This document shows, piece by piece, positions 38,200 to 53,100 of a stretch of DNA of 64,000 nucleotides (position 1 is its first letter; each line of letters begins with the position of its first letter). The notes beneath the pieces were generated by a model. The model searched no databases. It was not told where the DNA came from and saw only the letters and a list, made by a program, of their open reading frames with translations. The translations under genes and the position numbers were made by a program. Origin of the DNA: Haliotis rufescens (Eukaryota); contig NW_025963813.1 in NCBI RefSeq assembly GCF_023055435.1, positions 6,758,001 to 6,822,000 of the forward strand. Direction: 5' to 3'.

Positions 38200-41100
38200 C
38201 TGAAAGAAAATGAACACAAATAAGTGAAAAAAACCTATTCCATTACATTGAAAACTTGAAATCTGCATCAATGCCAAAAAGACTCTGATTTGAACTTTGA
38301 CATCAATCCCCTAAACCAACCCGACGTCTTTGAGGGCCACATCACGCAGGTAATAACAAGAGAAAACTGTGTCGGATCAAAAACATCTTTCCATGATCGT
38401 TTTAATAGAACTGTTACTATGTAACGCCATGGTAGAGGCTAATGCCCTGATCTCGTGAGGATTATTCACTCTCGGTGGATCAAGTTTGGTGATCTCATAA
38501 GCCTGAGGGATGACTGCATTAAGTAGTAATGCAGGATAAGTAAAAAATTCATTGATTACAGAAATCACTGTGCTCAGCAATATTCCAGCCGGATGACAGA
38601 GGTCTGTAAAGGATCGAAACTGGACCAGACAAGCCAGTGATTGCCATTATGAACATCGAACTACACATTTGGGATATGATGACTTGCATCAACTAAGTCA
38701 GAGAGCCTAACCACCCACCCGATCCCATTGGTCGCCTCATACAACAAGCACAGGTTGCTGAAGATCAATTCTAATCCGGATCTTCATGGCGGCGTTAACA
38801 AGTTAGACATGGTATCAAAACAGACAGAAACATCCTATGTGTGTTCAGACCCACTCCTAACTCGCTACAGACCATGTCTCGCACATCGATGCAAACATAA
38901 AAGGACAAAAATATTTTCCTTTTTCAAAAGCATGAATGAGAATAAATTAAGAAACACACAATGTTACGGATCCTCCATGCAAGTTCCATGCATGTTGACC
39001 ATTGTTTTCTGAGAAGATGAAAAGACAGCGCCATGGTACTGTAGCTCACCTGGATAATATTATATATGTAATCAACAGTCAGCCACTACGCAGAAGTTGC
39101 AGTCAACATTGCTTTTCAAATATTCCCAGTATAATACTTCTAACAATACTGAGGCTAAAAATATCAACAAAAACACATGTAACTAAATTTCCACAATATT
39201 TCCAAGTCGGCAAGAATGAATGTTCTATCTTGGAGCATTGCAATGCCCAACAGTTCCATTAACTTAACACAAAGTATACTCTGGGCCTGTGTGTGTTACT
39301 GACCGAATCACTCTTGCTGTAGGTGAAGTTGCCCCCGGAGAGGGTGAAGTACCGCGTCTTCCAGCGTTTCAGGAACTTCCAGCGGCCCTTCTTCTCCTTC
39401 AGCTGGCCCTGACAAAGTATTCAGGAGACAATAAATTATCTACAAGGAGACCTGGGTTCACATAGTTTGTCTTTGAAGTTGAATTGAATTTGAACTTCAC
39501 TGTCTAGCCCTCTTACACAGAAGTAGTTACACAGCACTGAGCTTTGATAACACACTCTATTTCTCTGGCAATAGGCTGATTGATATTAGCGTTAGGCTAA
39601 AAAAGAAATTGGTTCTCAGGTTGGATTTCAGAACACTGGTGTGGGCTGGCGGCCTTTTCTGGGGTAGAGGTGGTGTTCAGTCGACCTGGGAGAGTGCCGC
39701 CCTATATAAATGTAATCCTTGATGAGTAAAATCCTGATAAATGTTTCTTTTCTTCTAATTTGAATCAGCTAGTGGTGGTCACCATGGTTGTACCAAGCTT
39801 TGACACTGTTGTAAATAACAGAACTCAACTTCTTGGTATCTTCATGTTCTCCAATTGTATCAAAAGCAGACACAAAAATCTTCCATGTCAACAGACCAGT
39901 TAACCAGCCTTATATGCTTAAAACAGCTGATGCATATGTTTTCATGATTATCTTTGCCTCATTTTTATATCAAGTGATTTAGAATTAATTTTCTTTACAC
40001 AATTCTACAATCTCGCATTTAACAATGATAATAAAACATGTCATCATCAAAACATTGAAACAGTAAAAGACATAAACAAAAGGGTACTCTGGAATGTTTG
40101 ACTACAATATTTTCTTCTGTACAGTGCACTTCCCCCCCCCAAAAAAAGCTGTGTAGAGGACATGGAAACAAAGGAATTACCCAAATGGAACTAGTTTTTT
40201 CATTTCATATATTCTCAGTGAATTCAACCATTTCTTGTCATATGCTTATCAAAATGTGTAGACTTTTAAAAATTGAAATGGATGTCTGTTGTTTAACACC
40301 ACACTCAGCCATATATCAGCTGTATGAGAGTGGTCAGTAAATAGTGAAGTGATTGATATTTTGAACAATCTCTGGGTAGGAGAGCGAATGTGACTCACCG
40401 CTATGACAGGCAGGCCATCCTGTAGCAAGCCGGACACTTTTTCTGGGTGGTTGCACATGAAGCATGCCCAGTTCTCCTGCGTCACGCTCAACTCAAACAC
40501 ATCGAAGTAGCGCTCATCGTGGAGTTCATGTAGCAGAGTATCTTGATCCTACACAACAATGAAGAACAAAAGATTGTTCAAATCAGAATTACACATGATC
40601 GTTTGAGCAATGATCCAAGTTCACACAGTTCAAAGAAGCAATCTCATTATGTGTGTGGCTGTTGCTGAATGCCTCATTCAGCTGTATTGAACTGTATGGT
40701 GGCGGCCTGTAAATAATCTAGTCAGGAGTCGACAATCCAGTGATTGATATTGTGAGCAACGATCCATGCCATCTGGGCACAATGACCTGCAACCAACCAA
40801 GTCTCCAGTCTGACCCCCCGATCCATGAAGTCACGTCTTACTACCAGCATAGGTTGCTGGGCCTCAAATCCAACCCATAGTTACCACAGGGTTTCAATCT
40901 CAACAAAAGTTTGCCACTAACGTGGCTATATCCCCCGCCCCTGTTGCAGAATTTATGACATGATTAAATCTAAACAAACCCTAACCTTTTTTAACCGAGG
41001 AGGAACTTGTCATGGAAATTGTAAAAAAAAGAAGAGTTTGGAACCTAAGTCCATCTTTTTGCCATGGAAACATAAAAAAAATTTTTTTCTAAAATTTCTA

Positions 41101-44100
41101 AATAGCAAAAGGCACCAGTTCAGCATCTACTTGACAGACCTGCAAAGTTTGATGAAAAAATATTGAACGGTTTATGAGTTATGCTCCGGAAACGAAACGT
41201 GACGGACAGACTACAGACGGACGAACAGACGGATGTAAGGACGGACGGAGACAGTTTCTATATCCCCCACCAACTTTGTTGGGTGGGGGATAATAAGATA
41301 AGATGTTTTACTCCAATACAATACCTCTCGGAGTGAAGACCTGAGAACACCTCAATAGGAGATTGCATCAGGCAAAACCCTGACCGAAATTTTGGCTGCC
41401 CAGTCTACATAAAGAATGAGTGGGTTCTTGTGGCCATAAGATGCCCACTTTCTATAACAATTTGGCTTATTTCTTTACCATTTGACCCTGCCTGCCTGAC
41501 CCTGGCTGGTAACCTTTCTGTCGGCTGCATGAGATTTTCCTTTACATGCCTGACTGTCCGGCAGATAATTTTAAGACTCCTTATGTATTCAGTTTTATTA
41601 TAACTCCTCATAGATTCTCAGTTAATTGTTTGCATTATTTCAACCTTATCAAGACACAATTTGTTTCATATTTTATGCAATTTGCTAATATTTATAATGT
41701 CTGAATGCGGGCTTGTAACTTTTAAGATGGGCAGGCAACATTAATGGGTCTGTCTTGAAAAGTTGATGGGTTTTAAAATTATTTCAAACACTGACCATAA
41801 TGAGATTAGGGTACAATGTCCCATCAGTGCACATCAACTCATAGTGCAGACAAACCAAGGACCTGATTTGGGCCAAATTTTACCCAACCATGCTGTTCGT
41901 TTAATAGGTGACCTCATGCATAATCATTGGGTTTTGATACCAAATTTATCAGAGCAGTTTATCTCATTGTTAACACCATCTGAGATAAAACTGTTATTCT
42001 GTAGCTCACCTTATGTGCAGGGAAGGTGGAGGTCATGAGGGTCAGGAAGCTGCTGTTGCCCCGCTCCCCCTTCAGAGCATCCCAGCAGCGCTTCAGGCAG
42101 CTCACGTTGGTGTCTCGCTGACTCAGAGCTGAGGAGGACTGTGCCTGAAGACCATACACACGCAGGTACAATAGAGTCTGGACCAGACAATATAGTGACT
42201 GCCATTATGAGCATTGATCTATGCATAGGTTGGTTTGTTGTTTTACGCCGCACTCAGCAATATTCCAGCTATATGACGGCGGTCTGTAAAATAATCGAGG
42301 CTGGACCAGACAATCCAGTGATTGATATCATGAGCATCCATCCACGCAATTGGGATCGATGACATGCATCAACCAAGTCAGCAAACCTGACCACCCAATT
42401 CCGTTAGTCGCCTTTTAAGACAAGCATAGTCGCTTTTTAAGGCAAGCATGGGTTGCTGAAGACCTATTCTACCCCGGATCTTCACGGGTCCTATGAAATA
42501 GGCATACAAAGACATGCATCAACCAAGTCAGAGAGCCTGACAAACCGACCCTGTTAGTCACCTGTTCTAACAAGCATGGGTTGCTTATTTTAACCCAGGG
42601 TAACACTGAGCGAGTGAGTTGGGTTAAACGCTGCTTTTAAAAGTATTCCAGTCATATCACAGCGTGTCAGCTTAATATGGGAGGGAAAGCCCAAAGTGTT
42701 GCAGGTCTCAGACGTTTACCACTTTGGTAAAAGCCACGAGCACGGGTATGGTGCTGACAAACCTAGCAACATAAACAGGGCAAATCAGGATTCGAACCCA
42801 CAATCATAGGTTTCTGGCGTGCCCAAGGGACGCAACTCTGCACAGCAAATCGCGCGCCTTAGACGACTGGGCCCCCCAGGTAACACTGTGAGTTTATAAG
42901 TTACAAAGACTTACTTCCAAGGAAATATTTGTGTGTGACAATTGCATCAATCAAATGGCAGCCATAGAACTTCTAAGTTAACTCAAAATGCGAACGGGGC
43001 GGTCGGGGAGCCTACTGGTTAAAGCGTTAGCTCGTCACCCCGAAGACCCGGGTTCGATTCCCGACATGGGTACAATGTGTGAAGCCCATTTCTGGTGTCC
43101 CCGCCATGATATTGCTGGAATATTGCTAAAAGCGGCATAAAACCTCACCCACTCAAAATGCGAACCGAGTCAGTTGTGACCTGACAAGCAATTGACACCA
43201 ATTTACCTCACACATCATGATGTCATGACATAAGAAAAGGATGTGTATTGATTTTTCGGACAGTCAGAGAGCAATATTCTATAAGGAGTATTTATGAAAC
43301 TGGATATATATATGAAGCTTACCTGTACAGATAAAAACATGAGGTGTATCCATGTTTTGGGCAGGCGTGTGTTGAGTGTGAAGTAGCTGTTGAAATACAG
43401 GCACTGCTCCGACTGACTACAACACTGAAAGTGGAGGCGCAGGTACCGCCGTCGGCCATCTAGAATCATGATATACAGCATGCAGTCCGTTTGCCAGAGA
43501 CAGATGGCAATAGGGAATTCTCATATTAATGTCAACTTTCAATGCAACATTTTCATGATTATATCAATCTTCGATAGGGGTGCACGGTTGGCCCAGTCGT
43601 CTAAGGCGCCGCGATTCGCTGTGCAGAGTTGTGTCCCTTGGGCACGCCAGAAACCTATGATTGTGGGTTCCAATCCCGGTTCGCCCCGATTATGTTTCTA
43701 GGTTTGTCAGCACCATACCTGTGCTCGTGGGTTTCATCGAAGTGGTAAATGTCTAAGACCTGAATCACTTCGGGCTTTCCTCCCACATTAAGCTGACACG
43801 CCGTGATATAACTGGAATACTGTTAAAAGTGGCGTTAAACCCAATTCACTCACTCACTCACTCAATCTTCGATAGGGCATTTTCATGAATTTATGAACTT
43901 TTTATGGGACATTCCCTAATGCCATTAGCAAATGTCAAAAATACATGTTTGATAACAATAACTTCATGTCCTAGAAATTGAACTGATCTAAAAGGTGATA
44001 AATTCACGGTCTGACTGTTGACTCTGAAAGTAGCAGCTGACTTATTATGTGTTACAAGCAGGTAATTCTACATTACCACTCTAACTCTAAAACAGAGGGA

Positions 44101-47100
44101 GTGGGTTTGGTTTGATGCCCCACTATTAGCATTATTATGCCTCAAAGTGAGATTGACCAATCAGAGAGCAGAACTACTGACCCAACATGAGCCCGTTTAC
44201 TGTCAGAAAAAATCCAAGATGGTTGTAACTGACCTAATATGACAACGTATACAGTCAGTAATAGCCATTTTGGATTTTCCAACACCCACCTCACATATTT
44301 CACATAAAAATTCTGGTACAGAAAATCATTATTCGACACTGTTTTGTGTTTTAATATAATTAATTGTGATGCTCACGACTCGCAAAATATTCTTCTGCTA
44401 ACCTAATATAACACTGTATACACCCACTAAAGACACCATAACCAATAATATTCCAGACATGTTAGGTCAATTGGTACATGTTATACCCACACTGGGATTA
44501 GAACTGAGACTTTGGCATTAATGTTTTAACTACCAGGCAATGCAACCGCCCTTATTAGATTAAAAAACAACAACTACAAAATGTTGTCCCTCTAAATCAA
44601 TTGGACAGGTAAGCCCCTGTAATACAAATGTTATCTTATTTAATATGAAAAAAGCATGGGTAAAGTATAGTGAATAATTTGAATAATTACTTACTGACAA
44701 CACTGCACTTTGTTGGCAAGGGGATCCTGGCTTTGAGGCTGCTGATGAAGTTCTTGATTTTACTCAGATGTTTCTCACAGAAATGTTGCACACCATCATG
44801 GGTCGGTTCAAACTGAAACAATGTGATCATCTTGCATCTTGTACACCAAGGGAAGTGTTCAGGCACTTGGAAAACATCGAGCTGGGACCCTGATATTACT
44901 AAACTCATAAAATAAGAGATAGATATAAGATACAGGAACAAATACTGATCAGGTCCCCTCATCTATTCATAACTCTATTCGGTTTTTTCCCCAAAAAGTG
45001 AACATTTTTATATTTTAAAAAAATGAAATAATGTTTTAGATGTATATAACCATGATAACTGTTCCAAATATATAGGCTTGACTCGGAAAGTAAATTAGCT
45101 CGTATTTGTGTTTCGTAAATTAGCTCCTTTGTATGCATGCTGAAAAAGCTTCATTGGGTATTTACGCATGCTGTTTTTATACATTTGAATTTTTCAATTA
45201 ATGCATGCATTTCTGTATGCAAGTTAATTGAAAGTAATTGGGTTTGAAATATTTTGGGGGGTATTTTACTCAAATATGCTGCTTATCTGTAGCTCTGCTG
45301 TAACAAAGACTTACAGCAGTCGTAGCGCTAAGATGCTTTGTGGCCCCTGGGCTTTTATTATGATTTAGGTGGTTTCTAATAAATTACATATGCATTACAG
45401 TACCATGCTTTACTGATTATGACATTGAAGTTTGGCTCCTTTAATTTTCCCCTGGCTCCTTGTAAACAAATGTAAGGAGCCACTAGTTCATAAAGTAAAG
45501 AGCTAAACCTGGAGGCCTACAACATGAATTAAAGTATTTAAAAAAGCTGATAACAAACAAGGTTAGAAATGTAAATGTTCTGGAAATGATTGCAGTAAAG
45601 ACTCAGACATCCCATGCAGGGTATTCAGAAAATCTGATTAAAATCAAACCTTATTTGGGTGTAAAATAACCACAAGACAAGGTGGCCATTATTATTTTCC
45701 ATTCAGAACTTCCCGTTTATGTTCGTTACTGCTTTGCTTACTTGTAATGAGAATTTAGAAATCGACATGATGATTGGCTGATATGGACATTTTTTCAGAT
45801 CTTGACGGAGAGAGTATCAAATCTGGGACAGAGAGAGGTATCAAATCTGAGAGAGAGAGGTATCAAATCTGAGTCAGAGATCTGATTTGAACGAGATTAG
45901 GTATGTAGAGAAAGACAAGACACTCACAGATTGGTTCTGTCCGGTCAATGTGGAGGCGCTGTTGGCGGAGAGTCTCTCTGATATAAGTGTGGACGTCGGA
46001 CTCCCTGCTCGGTCACTCCCAACACCCATGTTGGAGCTGCTTGCCCTGGAAACGCAAGCAAATACATGTGTACTCATTCAGCACAACCAGTGAGGATTCT
46101 AGGTTAGAAATGGCCCCCAGCAACCTTCAAGGTGACGTAATGAAGTGGGTGGTTAGACATGGTGACTTGGTTAATAGCTTGTCAGTGTGGCCTGATGGTG
46201 AGGATTGCTGCTCATAACATCAATCACTGGTTTGATCCACCGTCATATAACTGGACTATTGCTGAGGGGGGCGTTAAACAAAAAACAAGCAAACAAGCAT
46301 ACAGGGTGGAGCTCGTGTTACCACAACAGACTGACAGACATAAAGATTCACTTCAAGGCCAACTCAGACATGTTTAAGAATTCATTGAAGTCACAGCACA
46401 ACATTTATATTACCCAAATCAATGTATCAGTGTGCACACGAATTTCATAATCAGGTCCGAAGGGAGGGGGGGACACAACCTGGGAGGTTTACAGTCACAT
46501 TATCTTTTCAAAATCTATCGATAAATACCCTGGACCTATTGCTGACATATTTTGTTTCAAGACAACCACAGCACAGCCAACTGCAGGAATTTAGCGGGAG
46601 GACCATTGTGCCCCTACATGGTATACATGGACTCCATAATTCAATATTAATTTTTAAAGCTTGAATTCGTATTTGCCATTTGGGAGTACAGCAACTGAAT
46701 TTGTACGTCTTAGCTATGGGTGTGCATTATCAATAATTTAGAGTGTCTTATTGTCACACAGAACTATCCTACTGATAACACAACATAATATCCTGATTAT
46801 TCTGATAACAACATAATGTTATGGCCTGCCCACATTAGAAAATCAAGACTTGCAAGTTGATCAGACTTCAAAACTGTTTCACTTCTGCATCTCTAATAGC
46901 TTTCATATGGCAGACTGACATCTACCATTTCCGATTCCATACGCAGATCCAGAGGAGTTGCTGGTGCACACACACCTTTGTGAAGTATACTCACCACATT
47001 GAATATAAAATATATTTTAACTAAATCATTTCCTCACTCACGCAAATTGTTTCCCGAATTATGAGCTGGCATCCCCACCCCTTTTCCCAAAAGCTGTGCA

Positions 47101-50100
47101 TGCCTCCATTTCATAAAAATTGTTTTTGGCTTGCCATTCCCTAGTATTTATGACACAGGGTTTTACTTTGCATATGAAACTGGGAATCACTGCACATGTC
47201 TTTGAAAGTCATGAGCACAACTTTGAGAGTGATGAATGTAATTGATATAATATGATATTTTTTACATTTTTATACTTATCCTGCATTACCATGATTACAG
47301 TATTTATAACTTTTAGTCAACAACATCTTTAAAACAAGACATAGCTCCTGACAGTCTTATCATCACAACCTTTTCATGTATAGAAATGCCTGTAAGTCAT
47401 AGTCACTTTATGTACGTTCTACTGCTGGGGACATCCTAACAAAACAATAAACAATTTCTGTTACAATCCCTTTGATGTGTATGTAGCAAGTCGTACTCAG
47501 TAACACAAATCTAATCTCATGAAAATGAGATAATTAATTTTTATACGATAACTCTGTGTGTGAAGATCTGAGGACACCCAAGGTCGGATCAGCCATTATT
47601 TGGTTGTGGCTATGTTATACACATCTTCCCGAAGCAAGGGCGTTAAATGACTGTAAAAGACCAGTTACCACTCTTGTCGAATTAGGCTGGAATTCCAGAG
47701 TTACATTTTGCCTGGACTAACGAGTCTATGCATAGTCCAATCAAAATCGTGTAATGAACTTGACATCCGGTTCGTAAACAACATGTATTTCAACGAGCAG
47801 ATTTTGGTTGACTGAAGGATATGCAAAGCAAATGGGTGTCGAGAGATATTTAGCAAATCTTTTCATGTTTTTAATTAAGGTGCTCAAGTGACTTGATGCA
47901 CTTCACAAGGTAAGACCCATTTTACTACAATATAGATCTTGATTATCGATCAGATCTTCTTGACTGGCTGCCGCCATTTTGTTTGAAGCAAAAGCAAGTG
48001 AAGTGAGAGATGGAATCTGATTGGTCAATTTGAGGGACATAGAAGGGACATAACTTATAATAGCCACTGGTGGCACTACGATTGAGCCTGAAATTTTTGG
48101 CTTAGTTTGGCAAGGGTGGAAACGGGACTTTTATAGTCAGTTAACGCCCTTGCCTCGGGAAAATGTGTTATACACCCAGTTGTTTCAGAAAGCTTGGCAT
48201 CTACACCTAAAAGGGAGTACCAATATGGGAAATGTGTATTCTGAGTGAGTTTTCTTTTGTTAAAATCAAAATTTCCCAAATCGAAATTGTAAAGAAATGA
48301 AGCCAAATCAATTTAGAAAGCTGACATCTAATTGGCTCGCACATCCTTCATTTCCTTGGGCTGGTCAAAGTTAGCTCAGGGTTAATCTGATTTGACCTAC
48401 TATGGAGTTGTTGTCAGATCTTCGTGAAGAGAGGTGTCATATCCGACTAGATGATCTGATTTTAAGGATTTTAATTGCATCAAATATCATGGACATGACT
48501 CATTGATACTCTGTTAGGAGTAATTTCGATGACAATGGCACCAACTATGCAGGATGCCTGTGTCATGTGAAACCCTTCATGATCTTGCTACTCACCTGGA
48601 AGACTTTGCCAACGATTGCTGACTCGCCATATTGCTTGATGGCAGCGTAGTTGTCTTGACAGACACTGTGCCACTAGGATGGGTTGCATTCGGTGGGTTG
48701 CCCACGGTGATGATAGTGATGGTTCCTTCTGTCTGGCTTGACACTGATTTCATCTCCTTCTCACCATCACTGAAGTTAGAAGGGGAAATAACTCTCATTT
48801 GATGTAACAAAGGGAGATGACTCAATTACCAAAGCTGATGAAGGTAGTTTCTTCAAACTAAGCTGGTCAAGACAGAAATGTCTTTTGTTAAAAAGCTATC
48901 GGAAACACCATCATCGTCAACCAAAATTACAGGAGCACGGAGTTCAATAAATCCTCAATCGTCAAGGGTGTAAATAGCTTCGCTGATCTTTTTTACTTTT
49001 TCACGGGAGTTTTCTTCATGTTCTTAGTGTTTGTAATCTTGTCAGTACTGTTTGACACCCAGTCCTGCTCATGGGGCCAACATTCATACAACTAAATACT
49101 GAAAGATTCATAAGGCAAATCCACGCATTGAGCACATCGTGCCGATGTACTGCAACACCTACAGAAATTGGAGAGGCCGAAAATACCTGTCTGCAAGTGA
49201 GACACGCGGGACGATGCATGGACTGTCCATCCATGATGAAACACGACTAAGAAGAAAATGAAAACTGGCAAATTGAAGAAGGACAAAGGGTTTTATCAGC
49301 CCCAAGTCAAAACCTTTTGCACAATGTATTTATTCCTGAGGAACCCAAATAATTTACAGTGTTACAACACAGGCAGCAGTTGTTGTTAAACGCTGCAATC
49401 AGCAATATTCCAACTATATGACGACAGTCTGTAAATAATGTGAGTCTGGACCATACAATCCAGTGATTGACATCATGAGCATCGATCCATGCAATTGGGA
49501 TACGATGACATGCATCAACCAAGTCAGCGAGCCTGACCACCCGATCCCATTATTCACCTTATACAACAAGCATAGTCACCTGTTACGGCAAGCATGGGTT
49601 GCTGAAGACCTATTCTACCCCGGACAGTTAGTGAGTGAGTTGGGTTTAACGCTGCTTTTAACAGTATTCAAATCATATCACTGTGTGTCAGCTTAATGTG
49701 GGAGGAAAGCCAAAAGTGACACAGGTCTCAGGCAATTAACACTTTCGTGAAACCAACAATCACGGGTATGGTGCTGACAAACCTAGAAACATAATTGGGA
49801 TGAACTGGGATTAGAACCCACAATATTAATAGGTTTCTGGGGTGCCCAAGGGACACAACTCTGCACAGTGATTTGCAGTGCCTAAGACGACTGGGCCACC
49901 CATGCCCCACTGTGTACAGGCTACTTTTTGACAATGAAGACAATAATAAACAACACATTGCCGCATTTCATAAATGGTGTGACATTTTCACAAATACTTA
50001 AGTTGCTTGTAATAAGTACCAATCACATCTGCAAAACAGAACTTTTAATGATGACTGTTCTGTTATGCGATTGTTATATAAAAGTTGTAGTCAGTCTGTT

Positions 50101-53100
50101 TTAATCTTCTGTATGGTATCAACCCCTCTCACTCAAGAAGAAAATCATTATTTTAGGAGGCAAAGTTTCAGGATGTCATAGATGAGCTGTGTAAGTTTCT
50201 AGCTGAGCTGGTACAATTTTAGATGACCCTTCTCACTTGTCATACCCTTGCTATATGTTTTACCATCCAGACATTTTTTACTTGTTCCCAATCTTATATC
50301 CTAAAGATCTAAAATGTCTTATATTTCTGTTTGCCTTAAATAATTGTTAAGGACACTGTTTTCTTTCGTAAATCAGTTTTGATCCATGTCATGTCAAACC
50401 AGAATAACTATAGTAATATGAAAGAATTGGTGGTCCTTAACTTCTTGTAAAAAGTATATTTTCAGCCCACCCAACAATTCAAACTTAATTTTGCAAATTA
50501 TGTAAAAAATTAATTTCATCATTAAACCAAGAAATGAAACGGAAGACGTGGAGCAAATCATGTACTGGAGATTAGGGACACCTACTATTTCTTGAGATCT
50601 TCTTTCATTTGTTGAACAAAGAGTCGAACTGCACTGGATCCACTGGATGCCAGCTTTCCAACTTCCTCCATGTTGTCTACCAATAGGGTGTTGTGATTCA
50701 GTCCAATACCTCGTATCTCCTGGAGGATTGTGGGTAATAGGGCTGGCTCTGTTGTCGTTAACCTACTCACCAGATAGTTCATCGACTTCTTAGCTTCCGT
50801 CTGGTCATGAAACAGAAGACCAATGTAAAATTTCATGTGGTTTATCATTAGACCTCTGCGACATATTATTGGCCATACTATTACAATGATAAAAGGCATT
50901 ACCAATCTAAGCAGATAAAGAATACTATACAGAGAAGGATTATGCAGGGCCGATATTTGACCCAAATTCTGGCATTTGCGAAGACAAGTACGGAAGGCTT
51001 CCTCAGGCAACTGCTAGCAGGTTTATAAATACCACAGCATTCACAACAAATATCATGTGGATTGGCTGATGAATAAGTATGTCTGCAATTCTTACAGACC
51101 GGTGATTTATCATGATCAGTTCCCATAATTTGCTGAAGATGATGATGAGATAAGAGAAAACTTTTAAAAAAATATAATCAATTCTCCACCAATCGAAACA
51201 CGGTCACACACAGTGGCAATGAGAAAGAGAATGATGTGGGAGGGGTAGTCAAGTGATCAGGCCAGGTTCCGTCACAGCACATGGGATTACTGTGCATGAC
51301 ACATTTTTTTGAGTGGTGACTGCTGGGATGTGTTCAAGCGAAATGTTTTAAGAAGCTGGATACTATTTTAGGTCGTTTCCACACAAGGATAGATGGTGAA
51401 GGATGAAAATCAAAGTGTGAGATAGGATAAATTTCAGGATAGGCTTTGTAGAGTGAGTGAGTGAGTGAGTGAGTGAGTGAGTGAGTGAGTTTAGGTTAAC
51501 GTATCTTTTAACAGTATTCCAGTTTTTCACGGCGTGTCAGCTTAATGTGGGAGGAAAGCCCTAGGTCTTCCTAGGTACTAGTAATCTTCATTACGACCAC
51601 CCACTTCCCATTAAGCCAACCCTTACAACCAACCTTGGACCCACTTCTGCCATGCCACTGCAAGAATTCCAGGTCAGAACACATTGCCATTATCACATCC
51701 TGGGCAATCTGATGGTGCCCATGATCTTGGCAATCTGTGGCACCAGTATTGTCTAGGCCTTGATATTCCCCACTACTGACCTGACTGATGGTGCCAATGG
51801 CACCCATGATCTGGGCAACCTGTGGCACCAGTATTGTCTACTGCTTGATATTCCCCACAACTGACCTGACTGACAGTGCCGATGGCGCACATGATCTGGG
51901 CTATCTGTGGCACCAGTTTTGTCTACTGGCGCACATGATCTGGGCTATCTGTGGCACCAGTTTTGTCTACTGGCGCCCATGATCTCGGCTATCTGTGGCA
52001 CCAGTATTGTCTACTGCTTGATATTCCCCACTACTGACCTGACTGATGGTGCCAATGGCACCCATGATCTGGGCAACCTGTGGCACCAGTATTATCTACT
52101 GCTGGATATTCCCCTCAACTGACCTGACTGATGGTGCCGATGGCGCACATGATCTGGGCTATCTGTGGCACCAGTTTTGTCTACTGGCGCACATGATCTG
52201 GGCTATCTGTGGCACCAGTTTTGTCTACTGGCGCCCATGATCTGGGCTATCTGTGGCACCAGTATTGTCTACTGCTTGATATTCCCCACTACTGACCTGA
52301 CTGATGGTGCCAATGGCACCCATGATCTGGGCAACCTGTGGCACCAGTATTGTCTACTGCTTGAAACTCCCTGCTACTGACTGGACTGATGGTGCCGATG
52401 GCGCCCATGATCTTGGCAACCTGTGGCACCAGTTTTGTCTACTGGCGCACATGATCTGGGCTATCTGTGGCACCAGTATTGTCTACTGGCGCCCATGATC
52501 TCGGCTATCTGTGGCACCAGTATTGTCTAGGCCTTGATATTCCCCACTACTGACTGGACTGATGGTGCCGATGGCGCCCATGATCTGGGCAACCTGTGGC
52601 ACCAGTATTGTCTACTGCTTGATATTCCCCACTACTGACCTGACTGATGGTGCCGATGGCACCCATGATCTGGGCAACCTGTGGTACCAGTATTGTCTAC
52701 TGCTTGATATTCCCCACTACTGACCTGACTGATGGTGCCGATGGCACCCATGATCTGGGCAACCTGTGGCACCAGTATTGTCTACTGCTTGATATTCCCC
52801 ACTACTGACCTGACTGATGGTGCCGATGGCGCCCATGATCTGGGCAACCTGTGGCACCAGTATTGTCTAGGCCTTGATATTCCCCACTACTGACCTGACT
52901 GATGGTGCCGATGGCACCCATGATCTGGGCAACCTGTGGCACCAGTATTGTCTACTGCTTGATATTCCCCACTACTGACCTGACTGATGGTGCCGATGGC
53001 ACCCATGATCTGGGCAACCTGTGGCACCAGTATTGTCTACTGCTTGATATTCCCCACTACTGACCTGACTGACGGTGCCAATGGCACCCATGATCTGGGC

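Noticed and set aside
44813-44962. Longer N-terminal extensions of exon ORFs in the track (also 50801-51010)
   Set aside because: Intronic read-through upstream of clear, phase-consistent acceptors.
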